A stretch of DNA of 64,000 nucleotides, taken from Bacteroidia bacterium. GTDB lineage: Bacteria; Bacteroidota; Bacteroidia; Palsa-965. A model generated the notes under the pieces. The model searched no databases and was not told the DNA's origin. It saw only the letters and a list, made by a program, of their open reading frames with translations. Shown here piece after piece: positions 58,573 through 64,000 of the stretch (its first letter is position 1; every line of letters starts with the position of its first letter). The position numbers and the translations under genes were made by a program. Location of the stretch: positions 15,077-79,076 of the forward strand of contig JBIOHC010000012.1 in NCBI GenBank assembly GCA_044448685.1. Reading direction: 5' to 3'.

Positions 58573-61500
58573 ATGGGAAAGAAGTACTCACTCGCACTTC
58601 TCCTTATCATCCTTGCTCTCCCGGCTCTTTCACAGACATACGGGAATGAGTGGGTCAGCTACAGCCAGAAATATTACCGTATTCAGGTTTACAAAGACGG
58701 TATTTACCGTCTGGATTCAGCTACGCTTGCCAATGCAGGTATTCCTGTGGGAAATACAGTGGGTGCCATAGATCCCCGCCATATGCAGATCTGGGGTATG
58801 GGCAAGGAACAATACATTTTCATTAAAGGTGAAGGGGATGGGCAGTTCAATACCAATGATACCCTTGAATTTTATGGTCATGCCAATGACGGTGCTGCTG
58901 ATTCAACATTGTATCCTCTGCCTACTTCTGTTTTCCCTTCCCGCCTGCCGAATCCCTATGTAAGCCTTTTCAACGATACGGCTGTTTATTATCTGACCTG
59001 GAATACTTCCCTGAATAACCACCGTATGGTGAACAGTTCGGATACGACTTTCAGCACTCATACCCCGAATGCATTCATGTATAAACAGGATGTATATGCT
59101 TTCCGCGGAGACTATTTCCAGGGCACTACAGACTATAATAACATTACCGATCCCGAATACCTGCCTATGGAATGCATGGTTTGCAATACAATTTTTTACG
59201 GGGGAAATACGGTTGCCAGCATGAATACGGCCAATGCCTATACCGGGCCTATGAATCCTGTATATCCTAAACCACGTTTACAGGCAAGGGTAGTGACCCG
59301 TTCCAATGATTTTGCGGTCTACCCAGATTACCAGATTCAGATTACCTATCCGAACAGTCCGAGTACGACTACCTATACCAAATATGTGGATGGGTATACT
59401 ACGTTTTTACTGGATACTACACTCTCCGCAACAGCTCTTGCGAGTTCGAGCCCGGTTACGCTGTATAGCATAAATCCTGGTACATCCAGCTCAAGCGGTG
59501 ATGCAGCCTTCGCTTATGTAAGCATCAAGTATCCTCATACTCTTGATCTGGAAGGGCTTAATGAGTTTAAAATGTATGTGCCGCAGAATATTGCTCCGGT
59601 GACTACATCCTTCTTCAATTTCAGCAATTTTAATTCGGCAGGTACAGCCGCCCGTTTTTATGACCTGACCTATCACAGACGTATTAAGGTTGTTCCTTCG
59701 GCTTCCAATTATCAGCTTCTGTTAAATGACAGCACCGGTATGGAAAAATTCTGTTACCTGACAAGTGATAATAATACGCACCGGGTAACTTCCATTTCTC
59801 CTGTTAATACAAACGGTTATTTCACAAATTATCATCTCCAGGCCGGTGATTCAGCCTTTGTCATGATAAGCAATTCATATCTCTGGTCTTCGGCTCAGGC
59901 CTATAAGCTATACCGCAGTTCAGTTCAGGGTGGTTCCAATCATGTTGTGCTTGCCGATATAGCCGACCTCTATGATCAGTTTGCCTACGGCATTCGTATG
60001 CACCCATTGTCTATACGTCGTTTCTGCAGCTATCTGATGAATACCTATCCATCCAAACCCAAATACCTTTTCCTGGTTGGTAAATCTATTGATCCATACC
60101 GCATGTTATTCAGTCCGTTTCCTATCACATCGTTATTGCCGACAATCGGTTATCCGCCCAGCGATAATTTATTTACTGCAAAATTAAGCGGATCAAGTTA
60201 TGCCCCTGCTTTTGCTACCGGACGTATTGCTTCTATGACCAATAATGATGTGTTGACCTATCTGAACAAGATTACGGCCTATGAACAGAATGCAGCCGCA
60301 CCCTGGATGAAACAGGTTCTTCATTTCGGTGGCGGAGACGGAGCAGCGGAACAAAGTGTATTCAAAACCTATCTGAATAATTTCAAAACAATCATCGAAG
60401 CTAATCGGAGCTTCGGTGGCCATGTAACCTCCTTTTTCAAGACTTCCAGTTCTCCTATCCAGATCAATCAGAGTGATTCACTCAAGCTGATGATTGATAA
60501 CGGGGTCAGCATCATGACTTTTTTCGGGCATGCTTCCGGAAGCGGATTTGATCAAAGCATTGATGATCCGATGAATTATAATAACGTGCCCCGTTTTCCC
60601 CTCATCATTGCCAATTCCTGTTATGCAGGGAATATCCATGTTTACCCGCCAAGTACAAGTGAAAAATTCATCAATATCAACAGGGGAGCAATAGGGTTTG
60701 TGGCAAGCACGTATCTGGGTATTGCAACAGAATTGTATCCTTATACAACCGGATTGTATCGTAGTCTTGCCCTGAATAATTATGGTAAAAGTATTGGAGG
60801 GCATCTCCAGTATGCCGTCAGGGCCAGAGAAGCAATGGGAAGTTTCGGCCTCTATGCCAAATGTACTGCACTCACCATGACACTGGATGGAGACCCTTCA
60901 GTGGTCATCGCTTCACCCCGCTTGCCGGATTATGCAATCAGTAACCCGGATCTTAGTTTTGATACCAATACGAACCCTGATTCGGTTACCGTTACTGCTA
61001 TCATGCATAACAACGGAAGAGCAGATACGGCTTCCTACTTTGTCAGGTTGCTGCGTAAATTCCCGAATGGGGATACCAATGCCTACAAAAAATTTGTCAA
61101 AGCTCCTGCCTGGGAAGATTCAGTAAAATTCAGAATACCGGTCGACTTTAACAGAGGTATTGGTCTAAACAAAATTTCGGTTGTGCTTGACTTTACCAAC
61201 CGTATTACGGAAATCACCAAATCCAACAATTCCACGGGTGATGTGGATCTGTTGTTACAGGGCAGTTCCATTCTTCCCGTTTGGCCTTATAATGATGCCA
61301 TTTATCCTTACGATACCGTCACACTCAAATCATCTACGGCCAACCCGCTCGAGCCCAGGCATGATTACCGTATACAATTCGATACAACGGATACCTATAA
61401 CAGTCCGTTTTTCAAAACAGCTATTCTGAGCCATATGCCGGGTGGTGTTATTTCCTGGAAACCTCCTGTTGCACATCTGACCGACAGTACTGTTTATTAT

Positions 61501-63654
61501 TGGAGAATATCACCTGATACCGCTGGTACTTCCAACAAAGCCCGGTGGAAGGAAAGTTCATTCCAGTACATTACCGGCAAAAGAGGTTGGGAACAGGCAC
61601 ATTTTTTTCAATTTAAAAACGACGCATACCAGTTCGTTAAATTTTCACGAGCTCAGCGTTTGTTCAACTTTGTAAACGATGTCAAATCCATAGAGATCAA
61701 TAATGCCATAATGGCCATTAACGGCCATGACTGGCCGGATGTGAATTATAAAATTAACGGTACTACCCTGGAAGAATCCTCCTGTGCCGTTCCCGGATTT
61801 TCTTTCGCTGTGTTAAACCCTGTAAGTCTGAAGCCATGGGGGTTTGATACCGTATGTACAACGAATATCGTATTGCCTTATAATGATGTAAGAACCAATA
61901 ATACGGTTTGTGTTTGCAATACTCCATTGAATGCATATGACTTTTATGATACTCCCGGAGCGGCCCAGTCGGGCATGCAAGGTTTCATGTCATCCATTCC
62001 TGCAGGATATTATGTTCTCGGATTCACAAATGCAGCAGCCGGAGCGTATGACTCGGTAAATTCCTATACACCTGGACTCATTAATCAGTTCAGGAATCTG
62101 GGCTGTACGAAGGTTGGAACAACACTTGGAACACAAAGTTCATACGTCTTTCTGGGTCGTAAAGGATGGCTCCCGGGTCAGGCCAAGGAATTGGTGTCGG
62201 CTAATCCCGGACAAAAGATTACACTCGATTCAACCCTTAGAACCAATTGGAATTCCGGCTATGTGGCTTCAGAAGTGATAGGACCTGCAAAAAGCTGGGA
62301 TGAATTTCATTTGCGTCTGACACACCTGGAAACCCCGAATTATGACAGTGTCGTTGTCAGACTTATCGGTATCAGCGCTTCCGGAGTGCAGACTGCTTTG
62401 TATAATTTTTCGGATACCACCAAAGATGTCTATAACCTGCCCACTTTTGTCAATGCGCTCAACTATCCATACATCCGGCTTGTAGCTTATATGCGTGATG
62501 ATACGAGTCGTACTCCCGCCCAGATTAAACGCTGGCAGGTCATATACAGCCAGGCCCCGGAAATAGCAGTGAACCCACCCCTGAATTTTTCAATGAAACA
62601 GGATACCCTGCAGGAAGGCGCTACTCTCACCATGACATGCGCGGTTCAAAATATCGGGGATAAGAATGTCACAGATTCTATTCTGATCAATTACTGGCTG
62701 GTGGATAAGAATCATGTACGGCATAATCTTGTGCTGGCCAACGGAAAAACATTCCGGGTGCGCAAACCACCTCTCAATATAGGTTCATGGTTTATTGATA
62801 CGGTTAAAGTTGTAACAACCGGCTATCCGGGGTTGAATACTTTATGGATGGAAGCCAATCCCCTTTCCACGGTGCGTACGTTTAATGAACAATTTCATTT
62901 TAACAATCTGATCGAAAAAACCTTCCTTGTGACGGGTGATAAGGTAAACCCGTTACTCGACGTGACCTTTGACGGTGTTCATATTCTCGACGGGGATATC
63001 GTCTCTGCTAAACCCAATGTGCTTATCAGTCTGAAAGATGAGAATCAGTATCTGGCTCTGAATGATACCGCTGATTTCAAACTCTTTCTGCAATACCCGA
63101 ATTCAACTACTGTACAACCTGTGTTTTTCAGGAACCAGATAACATTCACCCCTGCCGTCCTTCCAAAAAACAGTTGCCGTCTGAATTACACGCCTATTCT
63201 GAAGTCAGATGGGATTTACACCCTGTTTGTTCAGGCAAAAGACCGCTCCAATAATGCCAGTGGTGCCATAGACTATCAGATTCATTTTGATGTGATCAAT
63301 CATGCAGCTATCACCAATGTGATGAATTATCCTAACCCATTCACAACAGCGACTCATTTTGTATTTACGATAACAGGGTCTGAAGTGCCAACTACATTCC
63401 GGATTCAGATCATGACTGTAGCCGGTAAACTCGTGAGGGAAATTGAACGCTCCGATCTTGGACCCCTTCATATAGGGCGAAATATTACTGAGTATGCATG
63501 GGATGGAAGGGATCAGTTCGGTGACCGTCTGGCCAATGGAGTGTATTTTTACAGGGTGCTGACCAAAATTAATTCCGACAATATAGAGCATATGGACAGT
63601 GGCGCGGATAATTACTTTGACAAAGGTTTTGGAAAAATGTTCCTGATGCGTTAA
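58573..63654 (+). CDS. Large C25 (gingipain/PorU-like) peptidase with CARDB/Ig domains and a T9SS CTD (PorU2-like)
   Basis: YGNEW...DGIYRL, LYDQFAYG, YLFLVGK, catalytic FFGHASG and ANSCYAG, LDGDPS; CTD NYPNPFT...WDGRDQFGDRLANGVYFY. Confidence 0.85.
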   Translation: MGKKYSLALLLIILALPALSQTYGNEWVSYSQKYYRIQVYKDGIYRLDSATLANAGIPVGNTVGAIDPRHMQIWGMGKEQYIFIKGEGDGQFNTNDTLEFYGHANDGAADSTLYPLPTSVFPSRLPNPYVSLFNDTAVYYLTWNTSLNNHRMVNSSDTTFSTHTPNAFMYKQDVYAFRGDYFQGTTDYNNITDPEYLPMECMVCNTIFYGGNTVASMNTANAYTGPMNPVYPKPRLQARVVTRSNDFAVYPDYQIQITYPNSPSTTTYTKYVDGYTTFLLDTTLSATALASSSPVTLYSINPGTSSSSGDAAFAYVSIKYPHTLDLEGLNEFKMYVPQNIAPVTTSFFNFSNFNSAGTAARFYDLTYHRRIKVVPSASNYQLLLNDSTGMEKFCYLTSDNNTHRVTSISPVNTNGYFTNYHLQAGDSAFVMISNSYLWSSAQAYKLYRSSVQGGSNHVVLADIADLYDQFAYGIRMHPLSIRRFCSYLMNTYPSKPKYLFLVGKSIDPYRMLFSPFPITSLLPTIGYPPSDNLFTAKLSGSSYAPAFATGRIASMTNNDVLTYLNKITAYEQNAAAPWMKQVLHFGGGDGAAEQSVFKTYLNNFKTIIEANRSFGGHVTSFFKTSSSPIQINQSDSLKLMIDNGVSIMTFFGHASGSGFDQSIDDPMNYNNVPRFPLIIANSCYAGNIHVYPPSTSEKFININRGAIGFVASTYLGIATELYPYTTGLYRSLALNNYGKSIGGHLQYAVRAREAMGSFGLYAKCTALTMTLDGDPSVVIASPRLPDYAISNPDLSFDTNTNPDSVTVTAIMHNNGRADTASYFVRLLRKFPNGDTNAYKKFVKAPAWEDSVKFRIPVDFNRGIGLNKISVVLDFTNRITEITKSNNSTGDVDLLLQGSSILPVWPYNDAIYPYDTVTLKSSTANPLEPRHDYRIQFDTTDTYNSPFFKTAILSHMPGGVISWKPPVAHLTDSTVYYWRISPDTAGTSNKARWKESSFQYITGKRGWEQAHFFQFKNDAYQFVKFSRAQRLFNFVNDVKSIEINNAIMAINGHDWPDVNYKINGTTLEESSCAVPGFSFAVLNPVSLKPWGFDTVCTTNIVLPYNDVRTNNTVCVCNTPLNAYDFYDTPGAAQSGMQGFMSSIPAGYYVLGFTNAAAGAYDSVNSYTPGLINQFRNLGCTKVGTTLGTQSSYVFLGRKGWLPGQAKELVSANPGQKITLDSTLRTNWNSGYVASEVIGPAKSWDEFHLRLTHLETPNYDSVVVRLIGISASGVQTALYNFSDTTKDVYNLPTFVNALNYPYIRLVAYMRDDTSRTPAQIKRWQVIYSQAPEIAVNPPLNFSMKQDTLQEGATLTMTCAVQNIGDKNVTDSILINYWLVDKNHVRHNLVLANGKTFRVRKPPLNIGSWFIDTVKVVTTGYPGLNTLWMEANPLSTVRTFNEQFHFNNLIEKTFLVTGDKVNPLLDVTFDGVHILDGDIVSAKPNVLISLKDENQYLALNDTADFKLFLQYPNSTTVQPVFFRNQITFTPAVLPKNSCRLNYTPILKSDGIYTLFVQAKDRSNNASGAIDYQIHFDVINHAAITNVMNYPNPFTTATHFVFTITGSEVPTTFRIQIMTVAGKLVREIERSDLGPLHIGRNITEYAWDGRDQFGDRLANGVYFYRVLTKINSDNIEHMDSGADNYFDKGFGKMFLMR

Positions 63655-63664
63655 ATTAAACAGC

Positions 63665-64000
63665 ATGAGCAAATATCTACTCCCTCTCTTTATTTGTGTA
63701 GCATTCACCTCCTGCATAGTCCGATCCCCAAAATTCGCCTCTTCCGATCAGGCCTTTGCGGTAAAACCCGGAATGAGCAGGGTGCAGGTTGATACCACCT
63801 TAGGCATTCCGCCTTATTCCATCAAATCAAGGATCGATACCGAGATCGTATATATTTACAAATACAGGACTACTGAACGTAAAACATTCCCTATGTGCCA
63901 GGGTAAGACCAATGGGAAGAAAACACTGGGACCCTATATGGATCTGAGTGTGAGCTATGACAAAGCCTGGAAAGTGACTGAGATTAAATCCAAACCCTCT
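63665..64000 (+). CDS. Lipoprotein with a BamE/SmpA-like motif, runs off the right window edge
   Basis: Own translation: MSKYLLPLFICVAFTSC...VKPGMSRVQVDTTLGIP..., open to the window end. Confidence 0.6.
   Translation, partial: MSKYLLPLFICVAFTSCIVRSPKFASSDQAFAVKPGMSRVQVDTTLGIPPYSIKSRIDTEIVYIYKYRTTERKTFPMCQGKTNGKKTLGPYMDLSVSYDKAWKVTEIKSKPS

Overview
Gene-dense chromosomal segment of a Bacteroidota bacterium. Evidence for the phylum: TAnnTTTG-type -7 promoter boxes, A-rich leaders without Shine-Dalgarno sites, type IX secretion (T9SS) genes and the rplM-rpsI-rpsB-tsf-pyrH-frr order. Most of it is housekeeping backbone (hemJ, dprA, kbl, translation genes, rfbA, sucAB, trpS, gpmI, recQ, kdsD, tatC, lptB, purS). 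No rRNA, tRNA, CRISPR array, IS element or prophage was seen. The notable parts are: (1) a complete cyanophycin module (iaaA, cphB, cphA); (2) directly downstream, a four-gene cassette with no kinase and no output domain, made of two receiver domains with C-terminal membrane anchors, a soluble receiver and an Hpt protein; (3) two ORF-free, structured, terminator-ended intergenic regions (about 7.65-8.04 kb and 34.45-34.79 kb) that look like unannotated sRNA genes and share several sequence words; (4) an ilvE pseudogene fragment; (5) three GT-C-type membrane glycosyltransferase-like genes close to a PorV-like / C25-peptidase T9SS pair; and (6) heptamer repeat arrays and REP-like palindromes. 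All calls come from reading motifs by eye. No database search or folding program was run.
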